This document shows, in pieces, positions 38,023-50,278 of a stretch of DNA of 64,000 nt. The notes beneath the pieces are model-generated. The model worked only from the letters and a program-made list of their open reading frames with translations. It did no database searches and had not been told where the DNA came from. Made by a program: the position numbers and the translations under genes. This DNA is from Pocillopora damicornis (lineage: Eukaryota), in contig NW_020847002.1 in NCBI RefSeq assembly GCF_003704095.1, positions 62,001 to 126,000 of the forward strand, written 5' to 3'. Position 1 is the stretch's first letter, and the number at the start of each line of letters is the position of its first letter.

Positions 38023-40689
38023 CTAAGTAATTCCCTCTCCATTGCGTGATTGGGATGGTAATGATTGCCTAAAGGTGTAGTCTGACACCTGGCATCTGAC
38101 AGCTGCCGTCGTGTTTTGTTCCGGATGAACCAGAATCACATACAACTTAGGAGCGAACATACATCCCAACAAGCCATACGAGCTCACAAGTGTAGTTACA
38201 CAAGTCACGATGGTTACACTTTGGTTTTCTAGGCCTGCAAAGTCCACTGGGAAGTAAGCTATGGTGGAAAGAAGGAGAATATAAATTGCAAAACCGATAT
38301 ACCTCGCTTCGTTGAAGTTTTCAGGTAACTTTCTCACTTTGAAAGCATGAATGGTGCAGATAGCAGATATCAAAACGAGGTAGCCGTTGATTGCCATATG
38401 CAAGCTGAAGCCCAAAGAAGAACTGTGTGGGCGACAAGTCAGAAAAATGTACTCGCCTCGTTGTATAACTCGTGTCATAAAGGGAGCGTCCAGAAAAAGC
38501 CAAAAAGTCAACAGAAAAAATACAACCGAGTTCAACAAAAAAACCAAGGTGGCTTGAACTTTTATCGTCAGAATGTACTGCTTCATTCGTTTGCCGATGA
38601 AATCATCACGGAAAGCACTTAGAATACGAAGAGTTTTAATCATGAGTGTCGCAACACACGTACCGAGCGCACTGTAGTTCAAGCAGTAAGCTAAACGGCA
38701 AGTTAGAGTAGTAGGTTGCATGATACTTAGGAACGTTTGAGCGAAGAACATGGTGATGGACAACAATAAGATTGCGCTTAGTTCACGGCTTGAAGCTTTC
38801 ACGAGCGGTGTCTCTCGATGTCTCATTAGAACAAGGGACGAAAATATCGTAATTAGCACACCGAAAACTATAAAACCAGTGACTAGGTAACCCGTAGTGT
38901 CTGTCAGTTGGATGTTAACTATCGGTAGATCTTCGCATTCTGTACGATTTTCATTTGACCTCTGACCCGCAGGACATTCTGTGCAATTTCTAGACCCAGA
39001 GTCTCGATTAACAGAGCCCAGAGGGCATCTTGCACATTCCCAGCAGCATGCAGTTGTAACAGACTGCACAGTGCCTGGAGGACATATCACGGAACAAGCT
39101 GATGTGGGTGGAACACTCGCATTTGAAGACTTCCTACTCCATTTGATCTTATCGACTTCAAGCTGAAGTCTTACTCTGGAACTCCTATTCCAAGATCCGA
39201 TGATTTGTTTGACATTTTGTGTAACCCCTCCCTCTTCGTGTCTATGAAAGTTAATAACTCCATAGGATGAGGTCACGGGGTCCCCTGACTCATCAAATAG
39301 AAATTTTCCCATAATGCCATCAAAAGAAACGTTTCTCAGGTACTGATCAACATCCAGCGGCCTCACTGATGGATAAATTTGAGGACATCTCCCCTCTGGG
39401 AGTAGACCATGAGGTTCCCTGCATAAATACATCATGTGGAGAGCATGCGCAACCGCATAAACTGCCTCGATTACATAAGGTAGAAAAGTGTCGTAGAGCT
39501 TTTGAACTACATTTTGAGTCAGAGTCGCATTCTCTCCACACGCACGGAGTACAAGCGATTTTTTTATGGAGCAATTGAACTCTTTCGTCCAAACTTTTTC
39601 CCACCATTGAGACGTACGTTTCTTAATCATGTCCTTCGGAGTAATTGTTGCCAAATAAGATTTGAATTCTTCATTGTGATGATAAAATGGCTGAATGCCC
39701 AAGGCCCCATCCAGGACACTGAATAGTGATTGAATGTGGTTTGGTTGTTCTGATGCGAGGGCGTCACTTAAAATCCAGGTGCGATCGAGTAAATTCTGGT
39801 TCTCCACTTCGTGAATGAAAGTTCGTCCATAGCCACCAAACAACCAAAGAACAACCACTCTGACATTTGAGCGCCTCTTCAGTTTGCTGACTATGACTTT
39901 AATTTTGTTCATGTAGTTTAAACGAGGAATGTATTCTGAGAGAGCTAAGCAAAATGACTTCCTTATGAAGGACTCCTTTTCAAGTGCCCACACTCCATAT
40001 CTGCCATACGAATCATCAACAGCTACTGTGGCAATGTAACTCCAATCAAAGTATTCAAACAGATCCGCCATTGCACTTGCCTGCTGCTTGTCCGATGGTA
40101 CTGTTCTATAAAAGTTTTTGTAGAACGGCGAGCTTAGTTCTTCACTCGTAGCAGCATAACTGACAGCTGGTATACCGGCGACTTTAAGCAAGCTTCCAAC
40201 TAGGACGGAGCTGCCGGAGTCAGCTGGCCCAATCAGAGAAACAATTGGACTCGAAGAATGCGTCGCTGTTTTATTCCTTGCAAGTGCCCTGATGGCTTCC
40301 TGTGAGCATGCGTAGTGTGAGTCGCTACCTTTGACAAACTGATAAGTGGATTTCATTGCAAGCGCAGCACTCTCACAGTAGTCATGTATGTCATAGCCCA
40401 GTGTTATGTTTGGAAGCAAACTCGAGTCGTTGTTTATCTTTTCTATGGCGAATATCATTGCCTGAGCGTGACCTAATCCAGGGGCATTAAAATTACCGCA
40501 GTCCTCATTGTCAGTGCCTTTGTAATGAAGGAAAAACAAGCCACCAAGGGTTACGTTGCTAGTTTCGAAACCTGGTATGCTTGTGCTAGTAATGTGTTGC
40601 AACTGTTCCGAAATTGAATGGGATAAAGACAATAAGATACAGCTAAGTAAAAAAAGTGACGATATCATTTTCTCCAAATGGCAATCCAT
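38023..40689 (-). CDS. Class C GPCR, extracellular calcium-sensing/amino-acid receptor-like, 888 aa, intronless CDS
   Basis: Signal peptide; Venus flytrap domain (LGGLF, AMIFAIEKIN, LLPNITLGY, SYAATSEELS, RTVPSD); nine-Cys domain (CCWECARC); 7TM with TPLVKAS, KLPENFNEARYI, FAPKLYVIL. Confidence 0.95.
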   Translation of the reverse strand: MDCHLEKMISSLFLLSCILLSLSHSISEQLQHITSTSIPGFETSNVTLGGLFFLHYKGTDNEDCGNFNAPGLGHAQAMIFAIEKINNDSSLLPNITLGYDIHDYCESAALAMKSTYQFVKGSDSHYACSQEAIRALARNKTATHSSSPIVSLIGPADSGSSVLVGSLLKVAGIPAVSYAATSEELSSPFYKNFYRTVPSDKQQASAMADLFEYFDWSYIATVAVDDSYGRYGVWALEKESFIRKSFCLALSEYIPRLNYMNKIKVIVSKLKRRSNVRVVVLWLFGGYGRTFIHEVENQNLLDRTWILSDALASEQPNHIQSLFSVLDGALGIQPFYHHNEEFKSYLATITPKDMIKKRTSQWWEKVWTKEFNCSIKKSLVLRACGENATLTQNVVQKLYDTFLPYVIEAVYAVAHALHMMYLCREPHGLLPEGRCPQIYPSVRPLDVDQYLRNVSFDGIMGKFLFDESGDPVTSSYGVINFHRHEEGGVTQNVKQIIGSWNRSSRVRLQLEVDKIKWSRKSSNASVPPTSACSVICPPGTVQSVTTACCWECARCPLGSVNRDSGSRNCTECPAGQRSNENRTECEDLPIVNIQLTDTTGYLVTGFIVFGVLITIFSSLVLMRHRETPLVKASSRELSAILLLSITMFFAQTFLSIMQPTTLTCRLAYCLNYSALGTCVATLMIKTLRILSAFRDDFIGKRMKQYILTIKVQATLVFLLNSVVFFLLTFWLFLDAPFMTRVIQRGEYIFLTCRPHSSSLGFSLHMAINGYLVLISAICTIHAFKVRKLPENFNEARYIGFAIYILLLSTIAYFPVDFAGLENQSVTIVTCVTTLVSSYGLLGCMFAPKLYVILVHPEQNTTAAVRCQVSDYTFRQSLPSQSRNGEGIT

Positions 40690-43600
40690 GGATAACTATC
40701 TCTGGCAGGAATTGGGTAAATAGAGCATCTTATCTCTATAGGTTAACACGTTTTGGACATCTTCAAAGATCTTCAAAACAGATGCCTGCAAAGAAATTAA
40801 GTTGAGCGCGTGAGATGAAAAGAAATGAGTAGACGAATTTTTACGCATAGCACCCCTTACCATAAATTTACAGTTCATGAATTCATGGAGTAAACGGTTT
40901 TAGGATGGTAATGAAGGTGAAAATCAACACGAATCACTGACTTTATAAATTGCCAACATTCTCGACGTTGTCTACAGTGTTGAGAGTTTGAAGTTCATGT
41001 AAGAGCGAAGACGTGTAACCACAATTACATATATATTTTGGTAGAAAAAAGCTTTAAAGATGTTATGAGAACATGTTAACTGTAATGCAAACAACTTTAT
41101 GTCTTATAAAAAGGGATTATTTGGGTCCATAAGTCAGTTGTGCTGGCTCAAGCAAGGAAGCATTGTTTCTCCGGCTCTCATTTATTTTTGCTAATGGCTT
41201 AGGTCCTTCTGAGCAAAAAGTTTATTTGCTTATTCGCCCGAACTTCTGACTGAATGCATCAAGGTCCACCTTAATTTATATTTTTTTGTGACCATTCTTA
41301 TCAAACTTTCCGGTTTTAAGCAAAGTACTTTTATAATGTGACAAGCGACAATAATGTGACAATAAAGCTTGCATGGACCCAAAGTTAATCAAACTACGGA
41401 GGGAATAAGGTCAGCGCGATTATTGACTCAGTTACGACACATTTAGTAAATCTCAGGGCGAAAAGATGAACTAAATGATTTGCAGAAGATATTTAGAGAT
41501 AACACCCGAAACCTTTTCGTTGAGTGTCCCGGCCGTATGCGAGCTGTTCTAGACATAAGCTTCAATTTACGTTTTTGAAAAAGGCTTAAACGACTGTGAA
41601 TTTAGTGAAGATGCATCCCCGCCAACTTTTCGGCTCAGCTCAAAGCAAAGGTGTAATATTTCCTCATTTGATTACACTGAAAAGAAAGGGATTCTGCTTC
41701 GTGCGTAGTTGAAAGAACAGCAATGAATACAGTTCTTGGCACGATCGACGTAACGGAACCGAGGTAGACAGCAAACAGAGAAGAAATTAACAAAACTCAT
41801 GCATTCATGACGATTGAAAGTTCAATATGATGAGATTTTTCTGGCCGGTAAAAAAAGCACTTACAACTCCATAACGTCTCCATTCGATTTCTTTTTCTTT
41901 GAGCTGATATGCCTAAGAACACGTATTTTCAATGATGTTTACTGAGCGAGAATGCTCTATAACTGAATGCAAAAGGGTAGAAGTAAAAATTTGCTCGACT
42001 TTATAAATTGTCTCGAAATTAAACAAACTTTACCTCGAAATGTAGTCCTTTTCAACGTTATATTTAGGTATAGGACATGTTGTCGTCTTAATAAAGAGAG
42101 GAAAAAAAGGATGTAATGACTAATCGGTTACGTACCGACCACAACCTTCTGTTACGAGCAGAAATCTCTCACTGAGCCACGCACAATGTAGTAAAACGTT
42201 GAGTCATCTGCACCTTACCTCTGCTTGTGTCTTGTCTCCAGTTTTTCAGTTTACCATCGCCCTGGCTTACGGCTTGTTGTTATTTTCAGTTTTTTTCTAA
42301 GAATAATTAAAAAAGTTTCGCACCTCAAACAAAATTAATTTGAGGGCAGAAACACTCATGAAAAGATTTCGCACGTTCTCCTGATAATTGTTTGACCATA
42401 AGGGTCCATAAGGTGTTAGATCACGAAAAAAATTAAAACAGAGTATGATTTCAAAGCAGATTATTATCATTCCAAAATTATATCTTTAAGTACCTTTTTT
42501 TTGACGTGGAGCTTCTATTGATAAAACTGTCATCATTAAATTGATTTAGACACTAACTGTCAACATTAATTCCAGAAAACTCAATTTAGGCCTGTATTTT
42601 AACGTTCATGATTAAGATAAGAGAAAAGCCATTAACGTAAACAAAAGCATCGCGAATTGCTTTTGTTAGTTTTCTTTGTAATTATTCAACGAAAGAATCA
42701 ATATCAAACAGTAACCTAAAAAAATCAATTTCCTGTTCGTGGACGGATCTAACTCAGAATCCACGTTAGACCTGAACTTCTGGACAATTGTATTTTACAA
42801 TCCTTTCTGTATCAGACGAATGGTACTGAACAATGACGACAATTTCATCAGTTCTTTGTAGTGGCGTCCAAAATCCACGAGCATGAAAATAAAAACACAA
42901 AAATATAATGTTGCAAGGAAGAACCAACCATCAAGCACCAAAATTGAAAATTGATTCGTCAATCTGATGCTTTTACTTTTTCCTTGAGGCCTGGTAGAAA
43001 GGTTGATAGCACCCGCTCAAGGAGAGTCGAATGAAGATTGTAGGAATGAAGATATTATAATTGGAAAATGACAGCGGTAGTTTCAGTGAAAGACCAGTGA
43101 AACGAAAATGAATTACATTGTATTTATTTAAAGGCGCGCAGCTCTTTCGTATCGAAACATTTGGATGCTAGTTACAGCAGTGAATCCAGGCTCTATAACA
43201 AAGTGCGGTGCCGTGTCGGTGGGGGTGATACAAGATAAATTGGTTTTATCCCCTGAGTCGATAGATGCAAATTGGCCTGCATAAGGAGTTTCTGAAACTG
43301 AGGTTTCGAAGGATAGCGCGCGAAAGGTAAATAAAGAAAATAACCTCGTTTTGAGGTTTGTAGAAACACGTTATGAAATGGACACTGATACATATTTTTT
43401 TAATTTGTGTGTGTCCTGGTACACGATATTTTCCTATAAATTGTTACAGAATTGTCATGATAAAATACTTTTTTTTGTATGTTATTGTGTTTACGTATAG
43501 ATTATTCAGACATAGATCATTTGAGGCGCAGGGGTTTGATCAGACAGACGGTAGAAAATTTTTGAGCATACATGTGTTGCTAGTCACTTCAGATAACTGT

Positions 43601-44309
43601 TGGCAAATGATTAAATGCGTGCTATCAGTGACATGGGTTTAAAGATTGTGAGTGGAATCACTGCTTCTTTCCTGGAGCTTCACGCCGCTGTTGTCGGCAT
43701 GTCATCAGAATGATTATCATCACCGTTATCATTATTGTTATTGTATTTCTCATGTCACCTGAATATTTGCATTTTTCTTGTATTACGCGGTGTACTTCGT
43801 ATGCATCACTTTTTTGTATTATTCTGGTATGTATCATGAAAATGTTTTCATTCGCTTGAGAGAATTAAATCTTTTATCTAATAAACCGATATAAGTTTCT
43901 TTCAAGTCAAGACAAACTTCTTATAAAGGGGTCATTGCAGATAATATATAAAGAGCATATAATATATAAAGAGCATACTAAGTTATGATGATTTTATACG
44001 ACTCTTTGACATCTTTTGACTATGTAAACAATTTTTTTGAGTTGCATCATCTTGTTCGACCAATCATTTTGGATCAGTACTTCGTGAGGGTTAACATCGA
44101 ACTTCTATTTTTGAGGCCCCGCCCCCACCCCACTTTGATAGCAATCACGGCTATCATCAGTGGTCGTTTTGATTGGTCGATAACCCGAATCACAGAAAGC
44201 TTAGCGATCAAACTGGGAGAAGGCTGATCTCATGGCGACTGATTATTTCGCGAGCTCAATATTCAATTTTCTCTTTAAATAGGTCCACTGACTGGTTATA
44301 GGGTGCCTC

Positions 44310-46560
44310 TCATGCCATCAAGGAACCATGAACAATCGGTGCTGTCGAGTTGCTGGTTAGCATCTTCTTGAGAACGTCTCCCATCGATGCTCCGCGCAAA
44401 ACATCGGCGAAAAACAGCTGTTCAATAACTGTGGGCTCAATTTTCCTCAGAGATGACAACATGAGCAATAGCTTGCCAAAGCGAGTGGGTTGACTGGAGT
44501 ATTGGGTTCTGATGTACTGCTCCAGAGAACTCTGGGAGGTATCTTGGAGGATCTCAATCTGCTGGGGCTGTGTAATTGGTGAACCGTCTAAGGAGACATT
44601 GGGTAAAAATTGCTTAATAAGCTCACGAGTCATAATGAGTGATTTGAGAAGAGAATCTTAAAACGGTTACTTAAATTGCCACACTAATACATGAGGTCTT
44701 TTTTCATCATAGTTCCACACTTCGTTATCCAGTAGAATCTTCGCTGCTGCCTACAGCAGTAAAAAAAAGGGCTCGTAAGAAGAGTTCCAATGGTGAGATG
44801 AGGAAACTTTCGTTTGTTGCTTAGTTATGTCAACGTTTTACATCAATGTACCCTAGGAATGCAATGCAATGTAGTCCAAGGAAACTATATCAACCAAATG
44901 AAGAAAAATTTAAACTTCCTCACCCGTTCTGAACAAGACGATGCACTTTATGTGAAAATGTTCTGTCAGATCCATTCCAAGCGAGCGGACTTTCTCCATC
45001 TGGTCCTGAAACAAGCGGGCATGCTCCATCCGCTTAAGGATATTCTCCATGGACACTTGCCTGGCCTGCATGTTCGCTGTGGCGTACAACTGCTGCATAT
45101 ACAGGTGAATTGGACTGCGGGCACTCTCTAGTACGTACAGGTCGCTCCACGCCATTTTAAGCAGCGTGATTTGATCGCTCTCTACCAGGTTATTAAATGT
45201 TGGCAGCTTTCGTGCCCAGTCCACCACAGAGAAGAGCACATGGGCGGCTAACTCATAAACGACTTCAGAAGTTCCCTGTGGTTGTGGGAACATTCCCATG
45301 TGAATATTCCCCGGATTGGACAGCGCAGGTTGAAGGAATGTAAATGGTAAAAGCCCTGGTGCGTAAAGCCCATTGGGATCTCCAAAATACGGGAAGGAGA
45401 AACCAGGAAAAGCGGGTAGCTTGGTTGTTTGTACTGCTGCACAAATGAACAAATTACATTTACTAATTTAGGGTTTGTATCTGGCTAAAAGAAATTCGTA
45501 ACCCATAAGAATTTGAGAGGTAAAATTTCTGTCGCTGATTCGTTTGTGGTAACTCGGGTGTTCTCATGAAGGTCACAAGCTGAGGGAAATTAAATTCAAG
45601 TAACAAGAGATCCTTCTAACAATTATCTGCCAATGACTACTATCTGATTGGTTGACAGGTTTTGATGACACGACGAAAATTGATCGGGTCAAAGCGAGGT
45701 CATGGTGCTGTTAAATGCTGTGGATCAAGAGGTTATTGTACAAAAAATTGAATCAGTTGTACTAATTGAAAGCAGTTCCCTTAAAATTATGCGATGGAAG
45801 AATTAATAAAATAAAAAAAATAAAATAGAATAAAAAAACTCATTTAATACTACCAAAAGAAAATCTATTTGTAACTATATTTGGACATTCAAGTGATTAT
45901 TGATGCAAACGAAACAAAACTGTTGATGATCCATGGAAATATGAATAGGCTGTTTTTGTTATTATTCTTTAACTTTTAAATTGAATACAAAAAGTTTGGA
46001 GTTCGATTCATTGTTTAAAAGAATAAACAGTTCAGAGATTTGAAATTTCACAAAAACCTTCGAGATTTTGTTTTGGGTTAGTATTAGTTAGTATGATAGT
46101 CAATTAGTAATTAACAATGGAAAGCTCCGTCAAACGTAAAGCAAAATCGGAAAAAAATGAAAGAAATTACAAACAGATTACAGATCTGAGAAACCAAGCA
46201 TCGAAAGCCTTTTTTTAAAACAAAGAATATTATGTTAAACACAAAGATTATGAATATGAATAACAAAAACATACGGTTACCTTCTTTCTTCATCCCAGTG
46301 CTGAGGCACTTTTGAAATCGGCAAGATGGACAGCGACTTCGATTGTCTCTATCCACTGTACAGTTGTTATTTCCACGGCAAGTGTATGATGTACTGTTTC
46401 GGACAGTGCGCTTGAAAAAACTTTTACAACCTTCGCATGTGCTGACTCCATAATGTTTCCCGGTCGACTTGTCTCCACAAACAGCGCAGTCCAGTTTATC
46501 TGCTTCTGTTTTTATTTTTGAAAGTTCTGTTATGGTGTTGGTGTCAGTACATGCGGTCAT
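44310..46560 (-). CDS. Nuclear receptor, NR2F/COUP-TF-like, 3 exons, ~356 aa
   Basis: Exons 46560-46281, 45436-44924, 44587-44310 join in frame (1071 nt). [17 protein letters not shown]...[10 protein letters not shown]...GMKKEAVQ with an NR2E/F-type P-box; [11 protein letters not shown]...[29 protein letters not shown]. Confidence 0.92.
45686..45702 (+). promoter_or_regulatory. DR5 nuclear-receptor response element in intron 1 of the NR gene
   Basis: GGGTCA-AAGCG-AGGTCA, two consensus RGGTCA half-sites; another AGGTCA at 45570-75 and CCAAT/ATTGG motifs at about 45630-45652. Confidence 0.5.
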
Positions 46561-47499
46561 TTTGTGATGAATTTCGGATTCAAATGACTTGCAGTTTTCA
46601 GTTCAAATAAACATGCATTGAGGTTTGGTTGAAAGCCGAGTCGTTTCAGTAGCAGCCACAGCTGTATTCAATTTGTCTTGATTATTAATTCAACAATGGC
46701 CCGGTCAAGCCACAAGCTCGACTCATGTCAAATATTTATTGTAAAAAGGTCGTTTAGGTTGTGCAATGAAAGGAAAACCTTTTTCACTACCTGCTATTCT
46801 ACCTGTAACCCCTTTTAGCGTTTTTAACTATGTGAATAGGTTTTCTCGCCTGGAACTTAGAGAACCGTAAACGCCAATTTCACAAATTATCTATCTCTTA
46901 AGGATATATTTCCAGTGTAAAACTGAATACATTCTGTTCGCGAATAGTCTGTTTGCAGTGGAGGCAACTTAAAAAAAACTTTGGCTCAGGAAGGACTTAG
47001 ACTTAACTAAAACATTCACTCATGTGCGAATAAGGGAGTTGAATATCGTTATACTTAAATATTTTAACACGCTAAGCAACGCCGAAAATTGGAATCACAT
47101 AGCATAATGACTTTTGGCCAAACAAAGATTTGAATAGGTGATTCAAAAGGCAAAATACTTCTTGAAGAAACCATAGAGAGGGTGACTCTACTTTTAAGGG
47201 ACTGGACTAGAAATAAAATGCTACATGAATGAACGTTTCTGTAAACTACCCCAGTAAGATTGTAAATGATTTACCGATAGAGAGGCCGACCTTTGTGATC
47301 AGAGGGCAATTTGTATAGCAAACTTTCAGCAATCCTTTCTTAGGCGTGTCTGTGGGTTCCTACCCTACGATTTAGTGTCATATCACAACGATGACAGGAT
47401 CATGGCTAAACTAAAGCGAATCAAATATTGCAGAGCGGTTCTGTAAGACTGAGATCTTTTTGCTGTTTATCACATCTTCAAAATGTATTCAAAATTGGC

Positions 47500-48560
47500 C
47501 CGCGGGCACAATATTGTTCGCTGTCCTAGGCTCGTTTCCAAGAAATTCTTTTGTGTTCTGTTCCGGTTTACCAAATATAAAATACATTTCTGGCGCAAAC
47601 ATGCACGTCAGCAAACCATACGAGGTCACAAGAGCTATGGTGCATGATACCACAGCCACGTACCACCACGTACCACCCCCCTAAGGAAGTTTGTACAGGA
47701 AAGAATGCAATCCACGAAAGAAGAAGAACATAAGTCGCAAAGTCAGTATAACGAGCGTCGTTGAAGTTCTCTGGAAGGGTGCGAGCTTTAAAAGCGTAGA
47801 AGGCACAAACACGAGATTATAAAGATCGAATATGTCAGCATAGAAAGTTTCAATGAAAGTCCAATAATTCCTTGTTAAGGACTGCAAGTAATTATAACAA
47901 ATTCTTTCGTAGAAGGAGAATCAACTTCTGCCCAAATTATCGCCATAAGAACTTCAGCCAGGGTTAATAAAAATAGCGACATAACCTGGCCACTTGTGCT
48001 CAGACATATCTTCTTCAAACAGTTTGCAGCAGAAGTAATTTGAAAAGCTTTGATTGGTTTCATTGTCTTTACCAACAGAATGGACACACTTAGTGACAAT
48101 GCCAAAACGTGGCAGATACAATGCTGGACAGCGAAATAAAACTTAATTGACGATTAGCAGCTTTTGCAAATGGAGTATGGCGATGGCGGATAAAAACAAG
48201 AGCTGTGAACTGCCCGTTTCAGTCTTTCGACTACAGTTTTTAGCCTTCTTTCGTAGTTAGTCGGTGTTATGTATTCCACTTGTCCAATGCAGAACGTCTG
48301 ATGTTGAATAGACAGACACCATGCAGTCCGTAAGAATGTTCCGTTGCTATCAATGCCACGTAGTTCCAATGGAAATATTCGATAAGATCCGCCATAGCCC
48401 TTGCTTGAAAACCATTCGCCAAAACTGTTCGTAAGAACTTTTTATAGAAAGACCAGCTGAGTTCGGCACTTCTTGCTGACGGGCTTATAGCCGGAATGTT
48501 CACAACTTGGAGCAATCAAGCTACTTGCAATGAGTCTCGGGAGCCATAAGGTCTAATTAA
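47500..48560 (-). pseudogene. Degenerate, internally deleted CaSR-like class C GPCR pseudogene
   Basis: LIRPYGSRDSLQVA*LLQVVNIPAISPSARSAELS...RTV...AMADLIEYFHWNYVA aligns by eye to the VFT of the 38023-40689 receptor. It then jumps to TM fragments (VSILLVKTM; TSYGLLTCMFAPEMYFIFGKPEQNT). Stops and frameshifts; ~1 kb versus 2.7 kb for the intact gene. Confidence 0.85.
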
Positions 48561-49179
48561 TCAAGAAAGGAAGGCCTTTAATATTTTCTCATAAAAAAAC
48601 TAATTATTGGTCTAAGTCAATGCCGCGAGATCACCAAACACTCACTAATGCTATTTCTGCTTCGAAAAAATTATTTCCTGCAGAGTGACAGAGCATTTAA
48701 AGGAAAAGTGAAGAATGGTTTGAAAATTAAAATGGAATACCTTGTATGTCCTTACAGTTATTCGATCTAAAATGATGTGAAAGCGGGACACTTTTCACCG
48801 GGTTAGAGTCCATTCATTTTAATCATCTGTTTCTCAGTTTTGCTGCTTCTGTAGGTTCTCTATTTCAATATCTATTCTACTAATGAAATAAATTTCACAA
48901 ACAAGTTTCAGTCAGGTTCACTTATTAAAGGATTGTAAAATGACAAGGTCAGAGGAACTTTAAAATCTTTATTCAAGTATTATCAAAAAAAAACAAACAA
49001 ACAAAAAACAAGGGAGACACTGCCAAGTGTGGAGTGTTTTAAACAAGCATACGCATTGAAGTAATAAAAGATACAGGAATACATAAAAGTTGGATACTTT
49101 ATCAATATATATCATGGGATCAAATCCTTGTATTTGCCTCTTCACAGCATCAAATAAATTCATTTTTTCGACCCATCAG

Positions 49180-49472
49180 GAAAAACCTTATTCGAATGGA
49201 TGTTCATTACTCATCTATGCCTCGCGAGCATATCATACAGAAACAAGGATATACGGTACGTACGGAGCTCGCCCAAATTTATAACAGTGACGCCAATTGA
49301 TCACAAATCAAATTCCCTCAGTATTTATCTTAATGAGTGTGTTCAATTTTATCCTTTTTAGTTGAGCAGCCTCGTATCTGACATTGGCGGTCAGTTGGGT
49401 CTGTTTGTGGCAATGTCTGTTCTGACAGCAACTGAATCTTTGGAGTTTTGTATCACGTGGTTGTTTGCCTAA
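49180..49472 (+). pseudogene. Orphan last two exons of a DEG/ENaC (ASIC-like) channel
   Basis: Exon 49180-49255 (KNLIRMDVHYSSMPREHIIQKQGYT|gtacgt) joins exon 49362-49472 (tttttag|LSSLVSDIGGQLGLFVAMSVLTATESLEF...*) in frame, giving the pre-TM2/TM2 signature. No convincing upstream exons are visible. Confidence 0.8.
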
Positions 49473-49801
49473 TTGCTGTCAGCTCGTGCGCGTGCTATCC
49501 ATGAACACTGATGTACTCTGTTGTTCTTTAGGCAAATTGGAAATGATTGGTTGGTTGTTATATGTTACATAAAAAATAAACGGGATAAGTGAACTGTAAT
49601 CAGGGTGTTCCATCGGATGAGTCCTGTTCTAATAGTTAAACTAGATTCTCTGAAGTTTCACTTAACGTAGCATCCAGCAAATAGAAATGTCATATTTTGG
49701 CGCTCCCAAGTAAAACTGCACATTTCCTCGCGAATTATTGATTCTTGATTCATGTCTTTTATTCTTCTTTGATGAAACGTGAATCAACAAAAGACAACCT
49801 T

Positions 49802-50278
49802 TACGGAGTCCAGTTAGTGCCATCTCGTATTTCTCATCAACTTCAACTTTCCTGCATGACTTCAAATATCCTGATTGACTTCAACTTTGCTGCACGACTT
49901 TAATTTTCTGGCACGACATTAATTTTCCGGTACGATTTTTCTGGCACCAATTTTTTCATGGCACGACCTTCAACGTTTTCCACCAGAACACTCAACTCAA
50001 GAATCAACGCGGCGGATCACCGCCGGCCGATCGTAATTTACCTACTGTAACACTGTCGGAAAATTAACATCGTGCCGGAAAGTTACAGTCGTGCTGGATA
50101 GTTGAAGTCGTGCCGGAAAGTTGAAGTCGTGCGAAAAAGTTAAAGTCGCGAAGGAAAGTTGAAATCGTACCGGAAAGTTGAAGTCGTTCCGGGAAAAACT
50201 GAGGTGATGAAAAATAAAGTTGAATTGATGAAAAAAAAGTTGATGAGAAATACGAGATAGCACCAACTGGGCTCCGTA
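49802..50278. mobile_element. Non-autonomous TIR DNA transposon, IS3EU-like, 477 bp
   Basis: 42-bp TIRs with 3 mismatches starting TACGGAG...CTCCGTA; perfect 6-bp TSD AACCTT (49796-801, 50279-84); arrays of a 19-bp subterminal repeat (GACTTCAACTTTCCGGCAC) in opposite orientation in the two arms. Confidence 0.88.

Noticed and set aside
49840-50200. Regularly spaced 19-bp repeats as a CRISPR array
   Set aside because: Units are tandem with no unique spacers, lie inside TIRs with a TSD, and there are no cas genes; the context is eukaryotic.
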